In this document: positions 53,442 to 64,000 of the stretch, one piece after another
Layout: every line of letters begins with the position of its first letter
How positions within the stretch are numbered: the stretch's first letter is position 1
NCBI GenBank assembly: GCA_964016885.1
Contig: OZ024744.1
Span: 68,262,001 to 68,326,000, forward strand
DNA from: Eledone cirrhosa
Taxonomy: Eukaryota
DNA: 64,000 bases
Reading direction: 5' to 3'
Position numbers and translations under genes: made by a program
The notes under the pieces: generated by a model
The model's database searches: none
Told to the model about the DNA's origin: nothing
Seen by the model: only the letters and a program-made list of their open reading frames with translations

Positions 53442-53826
53442 GCAATAATGATGATGTATATATATATATGTGGGAATATATATGTGTATATATATATATA
53501 TTTGTGTACGTGTATAAATGTGTGTGTGTTTGTGAGTGTATGTGTACTTAAGTATATTTGCGTAACAAAAGTAATGAAAACGTGACAGTTAACAAACTAC
53601 GTTGACTGACGTTTTATATATTGAAATGTCCGCAAGTGCCCACTCACAAACGCACACGCACACATGCATACATCAAACAGACACACATACACACATACAC
53701 ACATACACTCATGCAGATGCACCTATGTATAATTTAGTGATTATTTTTTTACTATATACACACATGATAGAAAATATGCCATTGAAACGATATGATTAAC
53801 ATTCGCGCACATATCTCTTTGTATAA

Positions 53827-54170
53827 TAATTGTTTCTACTTTTGGCACAAGGCCAGCAATTACCCTAGTGCATTACTGGTACTTTATTTTATCGACCCAC
53901 GTAAGGAAGAAAGGCAATGTTAACCTCAGCGGGATTTGAAACCAGACCGTAAAGGGCCATAACTCCACGCTGCAAAGCATGGTGTCTGACGCTTTACCGA
54001 TACTACACTTCTGGGAGCAGGCCAGCAACGACCTCAGTGCATTACTGGTAATTTATTTTATCGACCTTGGAAGGAAGAAAGGAAAAGTTGACATCGGCGG
54101 GATTTGAACTCAGAACGTAAAGGGCCATAACTGAAAGCATGGTGTCTGACTCTCTACCGATACTGCCAAC
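53827..54170 (-). mobile_element. Two tandem MetaSINE-like copies
   Basis: GGGATTTGAA (reverse complement of the B-box) occurs at ~53931 and ~54099. Confidence 0.8.
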
Positions 54171-54289
54171 TAATACTGATAGGCAGTATAACTTTTGTCG
54201 TTATAATACAGTTTATGTATAGATTGGAAATGAAATCACAGCACTTGTATTTAATATCGTCAAATACTTATATATATAGTGAGGTTTAG

Positions 54290-54503
54290 GGTGGTGGATT
54301 GGCAGTATTCGAACGCCATGTTTTGCAGCATAGAGTTACGGCCCTTTGCGGTCTGAATTCAAATCCCGCCGTGGTTGACTTTGCTTTTCATCCTTACGGG
54401 GTCGATAAAATAAAGCATCAGTAATGCACTGGAGTCCACTTATTTGATTTTCATCCCCCTCCCTCCAAAAAAATTACTGGCATTGTGCCAATAATAGAAA
54501 TCA
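54290..54503 (+). mobile_element. tRNA-derived SINE (MetaSINE-like)
   Basis: B-box and core. Confidence 0.8.
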
Positions 54504-54622
54504 TGGGCGAAATTAAGTTTGCTTAACAGTAAAATATTATTTAAACTATACATTTTTAAAAAGTATGTATTAAAGAAGAATTTTTGAATGATTTGGATAT
54601 CATTTTTCATTTTTATATTTAA

Positions 54623-55617
54623 CTAGCAGAATGGCCCGGCGTTGCTCCTGATTTGCTCTAGGGTTCTTATATATTTGATATATATTTATCCTTATCGAGC
54701 CTCGTGAAATAAATACGTTTGTTTATATTTTGTTATTGTGTATGCAAAAATATCTGTAACGAATATATAATTATATATACATATTATATGGCGCTTGGCT
54801 GAGTGGTAAGAGAATTGAACTCTCAATCGTGAGGTTGTGAGTTCGATTCCTGGACCGGGCGATGCGTTATGTCCTTGGGCAAGACACTTTATTTCACGTT
54901 GCTCCTTCTACCTGGAGTTACGACCGATAGATAGTATTAGCAATTGGAAAGACCAATAGAACATTGTTTCCTCGGTCCGATTTGATGAAAGTCAATCGAC
55001 TATCATATATATATTAAAATAACAGATTAAAGTTTAAGCAAAGAATTGGTGCTTTCACCCTTAACGGGATCTTCTACCTAAAAGCAGTATGAAGTACACG
55101 AAGACTAACTGATGTAATCGTTGGCCTTGTTTGTTTATATTTTGTTTTTGTGTATGCAAAAGTATCTGTCAGTGATGCATGTGATTATGTAATCGCCGGC
55201 CTTGTTTGTTTATATGTGTATGCAAAAATATCGGTACACGAATATCTATATTAAAATAACATATTAAAGTTTAAGCAAAGAATCGCTGCTTTCAACCTTA
55301 ACGGGATCTTCTGAAACTAAAAAAATCAATCTTTGAACGCAGATGTAAATATTTCGAAAAACGTTGCAACCGAAGGAAAACAGGAAGACGATACTTTGGT
55401 TCGTGAAGACGTTCCCTGGCATAACATTATATATATATATATATATATAAATTAATAAAACAATGAATAAACAAAGAAACAGTTCCTTATATTAAAAAAA
55501 ATTCATCATTTTACGATCGTTTCTAGGATATATATGTGTTAGAGTTGGTATGCATATTCTATAGATCTATGTACTCATACGGATTGGACACTACCGTAAA
55601 CTTTTGGTAGATTTATC

Positions 55618-55656
<39 letters not shown>

Positions 55657-55980
55657 TATATACACATATATTAACACACACACCGCGTCATAATGACGTA
55701 ATGCAGACACCCAGGCATACAGAAAGATATTATAAAGGCGAGACGTTATATCTATGTATCTATCTAAAAAGAGAAAGACTAAGAATTATAGACAGAGATC
55801 GCTAAATCGCCTAATGCAGTGCCTAGGGCATTGAAAATTTGAAATTTTCTTTGCTCAAAACACGCACAGGACCATAAGTATTACATGTGTAAATTTTGAA
55901 AACACTCAATTGGGTGGTTCTCGAGCTTTAGTGATTGGACAGACAGACAAACAGACATTCTCTGTTTTAGTAATATATAT
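54623..55980 (-). mobile_element. Non-autonomous Helitron-like element with a nested SINE and (TA)n inserts
   Basis: Hairpin and CTAG end at 54623, with (GACA)n near the other end. Confidence 0.65.
54790..54990 (+). mobile_element. tRNA-derived SINE, second family
   Basis: A-box TGGCTGAGTGG, B-box GAGTTCGATTCC and TGTCCTTGGGCAAGACACTT. Confidence 0.8.
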
Positions 55981-56002
55981 GAAATCATTTAGATTTATTA
56001 GA

Positions 56003-56192
56003 TAATTGTTTCTATTTTTGGCACAAGGCCATCAATTATCTCAGTGAATTACTGGTACTTTATGTTATCGACCTCGTAAAGATGAAAGCAAAGTTAACCG
56101 TGGCAGGATTTGAACTCATATAGTGAAGGGGCGTAACTCTATGCTGCAAAGCATGGCGTCCAACCCTCTACCGATACTGCCAATCGACCGCC
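56003..56192 (-). mobile_element. tRNA-derived SINE (MetaSINE-like)
   Basis: Reverse-complement B-box and core. Confidence 0.8.
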
Positions 56193-56215
56193 TTATATAT
56201 TGTTATGTTTATCTC

Positions 56216-57682
56216 TCTATATATAAAACGGAAGATGTCTGTCTGTGTGTGTGTATGATTTTTATGCATTTCCACATTTCTCTACCGATTTTGATGATTT
56301 TTTTTCCAATGTGCTCCAAATTTACCAAGGTTGGTCAACGCGTAATAAAGTTTGCCAACAATTTCCTGATTCTATGAAAAAAAATCGATGAACCTAAATA
56401 CATGCAGTAACCTTCTCTCTTATACGTTTATTCACTCTCACTACTACCCTCAACAATCTATGAAACTACATACATGTTGCAACTCTCTTTAAAAGGTTCA
56501 TCCCTCCTTCTACTCCACTCTCAATCTCCTCTGCAACTCTCTTTAAAAGGTTCATCCCCCCCTTTACTCCCCCCTCAATCTCCTCTGCAACTCTCTTTAA
56601 AAGGGTACTGCCTCCGTCTACTACCCTATCACCATTACAATTTAGAACAGCGACAAAACTTCTTTTCAAGGAACGCGACACAAACTTTGAAAACTAAGCA
56701 ACACATCGATTTATACAACAAACATAGCTTTACTCTCTCTAAAATAGATTATTCTCCCTCTCTATAATTTAACTGCTTTACTCTCTTCATGCTTCAAGGT
56801 TTAACACATCCCCTTATTGTTTCTTAGCTTCACTCTCTCCGTCACTCTTCCCACTCTCTATAATAGATCATTCCCCCTCTTCGTTCAGGAACGCGAAATA
56901 AACTTTGATAACTAAGCAGCACATCAATTTATACAACAACAAACATAGTCATAACGACGCTCATACATCAAATAACAAAACTTAAAAAGCCGATAAAACT
57001 AAAATCATACTTCTCTCTCAACGTTACATTTTACACACTTACATTTTTTTTTTTTTTTGCATCAAATAACAAATATTCAAAAACAACAGATGAATTTATA
57101 AAACAACAAACGTAATCATAACGATGCTTAAGCACTCATTTACTTGAATCTCAACAAAGACATTATATTTTAATGTCCTTTTTGTAATTTTTTCTTCTTT
57201 GTTTTTCGCAATATGAGACAAAAAAATGATGAGAAAATTTTTTTCAGGAACCTCTGATTTCGATGATTTATTTTCCAGTGTGTTCCAAATGATCGCCCCT
57301 GTTTACGCTCTTTTGTGCTATAACTCAGACGGGCTAGGCTTACATGTTTGACCTAGTATTTGACGTGCATTCTTCATAGATCTTACTTAGTACTCACTTT
57401 CCACTTATTCACTGTTCAATTGAAATTTTTCGCTACTCACCCTTGACACCCAGCGGCATCAGGGTCACCATCTTGCAACTTTGGTCTGCTAAATTCGCTA
57501 TTGGAAGATTATTAACCCATCATTCATTGCCCAAAATGCTAATTGGTTCGTAACTTTTAATAACCTGTTCAACTGCTTTATGCACTTAATTGATAAGCTT
57601 ATTCGCTTTCAAGCCACGTTTACCTGTATAACATTTCATAGCAAATGAACAAACCCGAGCAACGCCGGGCTAGATTGCTAGT
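56216..57682 (+). mobile_element. Non-autonomous Helitron-like element with an internal 54-bp minisatellite
   Basis: 5' end TCTATATATAAAA; 3' end CCCGAGCAACGCCGGG hairpin plus CTAG|T. TGCAACTCTCTTTAAAAGG occurs three times in 56478-56604. Confidence 0.7.
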
Positions 57683-58084
57683 ATATAATAATTTATTATA
57701 TGATAATATATATTTACCGTGTTAATGGCACTGCCTGCCTACCTTACCTGCACATTTACACAATTTACCGGTTCAGTATCTGGACCTCTTTCTGACTTTA
57801 GAGTTATTATCATTATTCGTAACGCCTTTGCTGAAGCAGATATTATACCGACACTATCTCAAAAGCGTGAGCTATAGCCAATGGTTAAAGGTCCTTGGGG
57901 TCATTCCACCTCCGTCAATTTGTATCACCTTGCTTAGAATCCTTCTTGTTACTAGTAATGCTGTTTTCTGCAACACTCCTGTCCTGGTAAATTCCTAGCT
58001 TCTCAAGCCATGCGTCCAACCTTTTTATAATAATAATAATAATAATAATAACAATAATAATAATAATGATGATGATGTTGTTGT

Positions 58085-60505
58085 TTGGACAGCTTGAAGG
58101 GAAAGAAAGGGGCAACGACTTGATCCCTGAGGCGGAACAAACTAAGACATTCTGGAGAGGAATATGGGAGCAGGATGTTAAACATAATGACCAGGCAGTG
58201 TGGATTGAGACAGTACAAAATGAGATTAGTGAACAGGCACACCAACAAACAGATTTGAGTATCACAGTTGAAACTCTTAAGGGGCAGGCCAAAACAACTA
58301 ACCAACTGGAAATCACCAGGCTCAGATGGTGTGCAGGGGTATTGGATTAAAAATATAACATCCCTCCACCCGAAACTGACAACCATGTTCAATGACTGCT
58401 TGATATCAGGTGAGGCACCAGAGTGGTTGACAAAAGGTACCATAGTTCTGGTAATGAAAGACCGAATCAAGGGTAATGATGTTACCAACTATAGACCTAT
58501 CACATGTCTGTCCGTAATGTGGAAACTGTTGACAAGCATTGTGTCTGAGGAAATGTACCATCACCTGCACACAAACAACTTGTTACGGGACGAACAGAAA
58601 GGATGCCAAAAGAAGTCCCGTGGTACAAAGGACCAGTTACTTATTGATAAGATGGTAATGAGGAATTGCAAGAGGAGACACACTGGTCTTGCCATGGGAT
58701 GGATAGACTACAGAAAGGCATTTGACATGGTGCCTCATTCTTGGATCACCAAAAACCTAGAGATCTTCAGGGTGGCAGATAACATCAGACAGTTGTTGAG
58801 CAAAAGTATGAAGTCCTGGAAAACAGAGTTAACATCAGCTGGAGAATCCTTGGGAGGTGTGAAGATCAAGAGAGGTATCTTCCAGGGAGATAGTCGGTCC
58901 CTTCTGTTGTTTGTCCTTGCCCTGATGCCCCTGACCATTATACTGCGAAAGGTGAGAGCAGGATACAAGTTGGGAAATGGAGAGCTTACCATCAATCACT
59001 TCCTCTTCATGGACGATCTTAAGCTCTTTGGGAAGAGTGAGAAGGAGTTGGATGTGCTTGTTGACACTGTCCGTATTTTAAGCAATGATATATGTATGCA
59101 ATTTGGTATTAGTAAGTGTGGAGTCCTTGTGATGAAGAGGGGTAAATTGAGCAGAAGCAACGGAATCCAGGTACCAACAGGTGAGATGACAAAGGAAATT
59201 GACACTGAAGAAGGATACAAGTATTTGGGTGTTCTGGAGGCTGATGACATCAAGAAAAAGAAATGAAGGAATTGATAAGATCTGAATACATTCGGAGAGT
59301 AAGGAACGTATTAAAGTCACATCTGAACAGTAGGAATGCCATAAGTGCAGTAAATTCCCGAGCTGTGTCTATTATTAGGTACAGTGCGGGAATTCTGAGA
59401 TGGAATGTTGCTGAACAAAAAGAAATGGATAGGAAGACTAGGAAGCTATTGACTATCTACAAGATGTTCCACAAAAGGAGTGATGTCGATAGACTCTACT
59501 TAAGGAGATCTGAAGGTGGAAGAGGTCTTATCAGCATAGAGGACGTGTTCAGATGGAGAAAAACAACCTACACAAATACGTGACCGATAGTAAGGAGCCA
59601 ATGCTCAGAATTGTACTGAAGGAGAGGACAATAGACCAGGGGATGTCCAATGAGGAAATAAGAACAAGGAGAAAGAGCAGCCTTCATGAAAAATCCCTTC
59701 ATAGTACCTTCTTTGAGAAAACGGAATTCAGAGATCCACAGACATGGAACTGGTTGAAAAGAGGAGACCTTAAAAAGGCTACATAAGGAATGCTAATGGC
59801 TGCGCAAGAGCAGGCCCTCAAAACGGAGTGGCTGAAACACCATATTTACAAGAAGGAGGCTAGCCAACTGTGCAGGATCTGTGGAGAGAGAGAGGAGACT
59901 CACATTGTATCCGGGTGTAAACACCTAGCCCAGACTTACTATAAAGTCTGGAGACATGATGTGATGGGCAGGGTGATCCACTGGCACCTATGCAAAGTAA
60001 ACAATTTACCACATTCTGAGAAGTGGTATCAGCATAAGCCAGAGTCGGTGATAGAAAACGATCAGGTGAAGGTGTTGTGGGATTTTAGGATACAGACGGA
60101 CAAGAAACTGGAACACAATAGACCTGACCTGGTGGTTTTGGACAAGGAAAAAAGATCGTGTGGATGTGGCCTGCCTATTCGACACGAGAGTGTAAGAGAA
60201 GGAGAGGGAGAAAATTATCCGATACCAGGACTTAAAGTGGGAGGTAAAAAGGATTTGGAACTGCCATGAAGTCAAAGTGGTCCCGATTGTCATAGGCGCA
60301 CTAGGTACTATCTCAAGGAGTTTCCAGGGATGGTTAAAGAAAATTGGCCCCTTCACGATTTTTGGAACGCTTCAAAAGGCATGCTTACTGGGAACAGCAA
60401 GAACCATCCGATACGTCCTGAATATCTGAGGCTGCAGGTAGTGGCTTGATATTCATTTAAACAAACTTTCCAGTAAACTAACATCAATGACTGAGACTCA
60501 AAGAA
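58085..60505 (+). mobile_element. R4/Dong-type RLE LINE, 5'-truncated and frameshifted, between (AAT)n tracts
   Basis: KSPGSDG, YRPITCL, IDYRKAFD, GIFQGD, FMDD, CRICG, RHD, HNRPD. Confidence 0.9.
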
Positions 60506-60506
60506 C

Positions 60507-60568
<62 letters not shown>

Positions 60569-60569
<1 letters not shown>

Positions 60570-63349
60570 TGTTCCAAAAACAAAGGAATTCCCACAAGAA
60601 ATCTACTTGGCAAGATAACATCAATCGCCAAATAAACCTTCTCCGATCTGACATAGAAATTTTAACAAACTATAAAGTAGGTGAACATGTTAAACAAACT
60701 AAACTTAGAAAATTGAAAAAAAAGTACAGTATAAGATCAACATGTGACATAGACATGCTGATAGAAACAATCAAGCAAAAAGTGTCGGCCAAAGCTGCTC
60801 GTATAAGGCGCTTTGAAAAACGATCTAGATTCTATAAGGACAATAATATGTTCAAAAACAACCAAAGAAACTTCTACAGAAAAATTGGTAAGTCAACAAT
60901 AACTGCTAAATCAATACCACCCAAGGAGGAAGTGCAAGAATTCTGGGAAAAGATCTGGGCCGAAGAAAAAGTTCATAACATACATGCCCCATGGATAGAC
61001 AGACAAATGAAAGAAACAGCTCACCTTGAAGAACAAACATGGGAAAATATAACAGTTGAACAGCTGCGCTTGGCTCTAAGAAAAACCAGCAAATGGAAAT
61101 CCCCAGGAAAAGACAAAATACAAAACTTTTGGATAAATGCCTTCACAGAGTCTCATGAGCTGTTGGCCCAACTTTACAATGAAATAGTTAAGGAGCCAGA
61201 AAAGATACCATCATGGCTAGTTAACGGCATTACATTCCTGCTACCGAAGAATGATGAGACAAACAATCCCAAAAATTACAGACCGATAACCTGCTTGACC
61301 ACAATGTATAAAATTTTAACATCAGTCCTAACTGAATACACATATGACCACCTGATAACAAATGACCTATTTCCCATTGAGCAGAAAGGGTGTAAACGAG
61401 GCTCATATGGCTGTAAGGATCAGCTTCTGGTTAACAAAATGATACTGGAAGATTGTCATAATAGACACAAAAATCTATCGATTGCTTGGATAGATTATAA
61501 AAAAGCATTTGATAGTTTGCCACACAATTGGATTGAAAAATGTTTAGAGATTTTCAAAATATCCCCCGTTGTCAGGAGGTTTTTGTCATTCAGTATGAGG
61601 ACATGGAGAACGACACTCCTTTTGAATAGTGAAACAAAATCACTGGAAGCTGGAGAAGTTAACATTAATTGTGGAATTTTTCAGGGTGACTCTTTATCAC
61701 CGCTTTTATTCTGCATCGCACTTATACCATTAAGTAAAATGCTCAATGAAACAAAACATGGATATAGAGTCTATGACAAAACCATTAATCACCTGTTCTA
61801 CATGGATGACCTGAAACTATTCGCAAAAAATGATGAACAATTGCAAGGGCTATTATCCACTGTGAAGCAGTTCAGTGATGACATTAAAATGGAGTTTGGA
61901 CTGGATAAATGCGCCAAAGCAACGTTCACCAGAGGAAAGCTACTGAAGAGTTCAGACATTAATCTTGATCGGGGGAACGTGATAAGAGAGCTTGATCAAG
62001 AACAAACTTACAAATATCTAGGTGTTTGTGAAGGAGACGGAATCAAGCACTCGACAATGAGGGAAAGGATAAGGAAGGAATGTTACCGCAGAGTCAGAGC
62101 AATCTTAAGAACGGAATTGAATGCAAGGAATAGGATCGATGCCATAAACACGCTTGCCATACCAGTAGTAACCTACAGTTACAATGTCATCAACTGGTCA
62201 AGCACAGAGATCCGTAGGCTCGATACAAAAATCCGAAAATTCTTAACCATGCACAGAATGCATCACCCTAAGGCAGACATAGATAGAATATATCTCCCTA
62301 GGAAAGAAGGAGGACGTGGGTTAATCCAGTTAGACATTGCGTTGAAAACTGCAACAATTGGATTATCCACATATCTAAGGGAATCACATGATTGGATGAT
62401 CAAACTCGTTTTGAAACACGAAAGCACCAAAAGATCATATTCCATTACAAAAGATGCACAAAGATACAGTAATGGACTACAAATTTCAGAAGTCCCATTT
62501 ACTGCTGAAATGGAAAACACAGAAAAAGCAAAGCAGGTAAAAGTAACTGCAAAGAAAGAACTGCTACAGAAACTGGCTAAGAAATGGCAAGAAAAGCCTC
62601 TGTATGGAAAATACCCAGAGCGAGCTAACAATCCTGATGTTGACAAAACTTTAACCCATCAGTGGTTGGCATCCTCTGGACTGAAATCGGAGACTGAAGG
62701 ACTGATTATCTCCGCACAAGATCAGTGTCTGCCAACAAAAAATTACCAAGCCAACATAATAAAAAATGGGTGCAGCCCATTATGCCGTGTATGCAAAAAA
62801 CAACCAGAGACCATTGACCATATAATTTCAATGTGCAGTCCTATAGCTCCAACCGAATACCTAAACAGGCATGACAGAGCTGCACAATACATACATTGGA
62901 TAATGTGTAAGCATTTTGACCTGCCCCATCAAAAGAATTGGTGGGAGCATCAACCACTTCCCATACTTGAAAAAGATCACATCTCAATCTTGTGGAACTT
63001 TAGCATCCAAACAGACCGAAAAATAGATGCAAATAGACCTGATATAATATTGAAGGACTTTCAAAGGAGGGTATGCCTGCTAATTGATATGTCTGTTCCA
63101 ATAGACAAGAATGTATCTATAAAAACATTTGAAAAATTGAGCAAGTATAAGGACCTGGAGATAGAAATTGGAAAAATGTGGAAATTGAGAACTAAAACAA
63201 TACCAGTGGTTGTAGGCGCTCTGGGAATGATACCTAAGGGGTCTAACGACTACTTATCGCAAATCCCAGGAAACCCGCGTATAGGAGAAATACAAAAGAT
63301 AGTACTAATGGGAACTGCCCATATACTAAGGAAGATCCTGTCAATATAA
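60569..63349 (+). CDS. R4/Dong-type RT-RLE polyprotein, uninterrupted 926-codon frame (5'-truncated, no true ATG)
   Basis: KSPGKD, YRPITCL, IDYKKAFDS, GIFQGDSLSP, YMDD, CRVC..ETIDHIISMC, RHD, NRPDI..IDMSVP, KLSKY, VVGALG. Confidence 0.92.
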
Positions 63350-63489
63350 GTACATCACAAGTCTAAACACTAAGGATGCATGTGTGAATATGTGTGTTCT
63401 TTCTTGAACATGGCGGACCTTGTTGTCTCTTGAGGTCACTGGTTGTGACTTGGTGATAACTCGTATAAACATAAAGCAAGATAAATGCA

Positions 63490-63490
<1 letters not shown>
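60569..63490 (+). mobile_element. Dong-like LINE inserted in (AAT)n
   Basis: (AAT)n lies at 60507-60568 and 63490-63524. Confidence 0.9.
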
Positions 63491-63524
<34 letters not shown>

Positions 63525-64000
63525 GGGAAGAAGACGCACGAGGTGACGGAGGTCATGAAATCGCTCCCGTAAGTTTTGAATTTTTAACATATTTAAATCA
63601 TTTGTGAAATAACAACTCTTAGTACAAATGCTACGTAAAGCACCCGGCTTGAGCCCCCAAAAAATTCGGACCCAAAATATATTGTTATAAGGCTCAAATA
63701 TTCAAATATTCAACTTTGTATTGTACACTGTATATCCAAAAAAAAAATGGCTATAAATGGAAGAAGAAGAACCCCCCCCCCTCCTCTCCTCTGGCTACAC
63801 TATATAGGACAGCTAAACTCACCAACACCAGAAACTAGATACACCACCCACCCCATCATCTGTGTACACTAAACACAACAGCATTTTCACCTTCACCGCC
63901 ACCGCTCACTACGGCCATCATTACCACCACTATCCCATCACCGCCGCCACCACCCCTTGACTCCTTCACTGCTGCTGCCACCGCTACAGCATCATCACTA

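Noticed and set aside
54790-54860. tRNA gene
   Set aside because: The A/B boxes run into a SINE body with a second copy at 39295, and there is no convincing acceptor stem.

Overview
This is a eukaryotic, AT-rich window made almost entirely of repeats. The SINE and microsatellite content suggests a cephalopod such as Octopus, but that is an inference. I could not support any host gene. Coding remnants belong to three Tx1/L1-type LINEs (one near full length), several R4/Dong-type RLE LINEs (one with an intact 926-codon frame), four Penelope-like elements (PLEs) and a Chapaev3-type DNA transposon. Non-coding repeats include non-autonomous Helitrons and two tRNA-derived SINE families. The main hidden signal is about 20 complete or partial type I hammerhead ribozyme motifs from many unrelated families. 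Most lie in short non-coding tandem or fold-back inserts in (TA)n tracts, resembling retrozymes or non-autonomous PLEs. Stem III is a family-specific palindrome and several cores carry a compensatory U3-A8 pair. Two fold-back junctions fall exactly on the predicted self-cleavage site. All structures were paired by eye, with no folding or database search.
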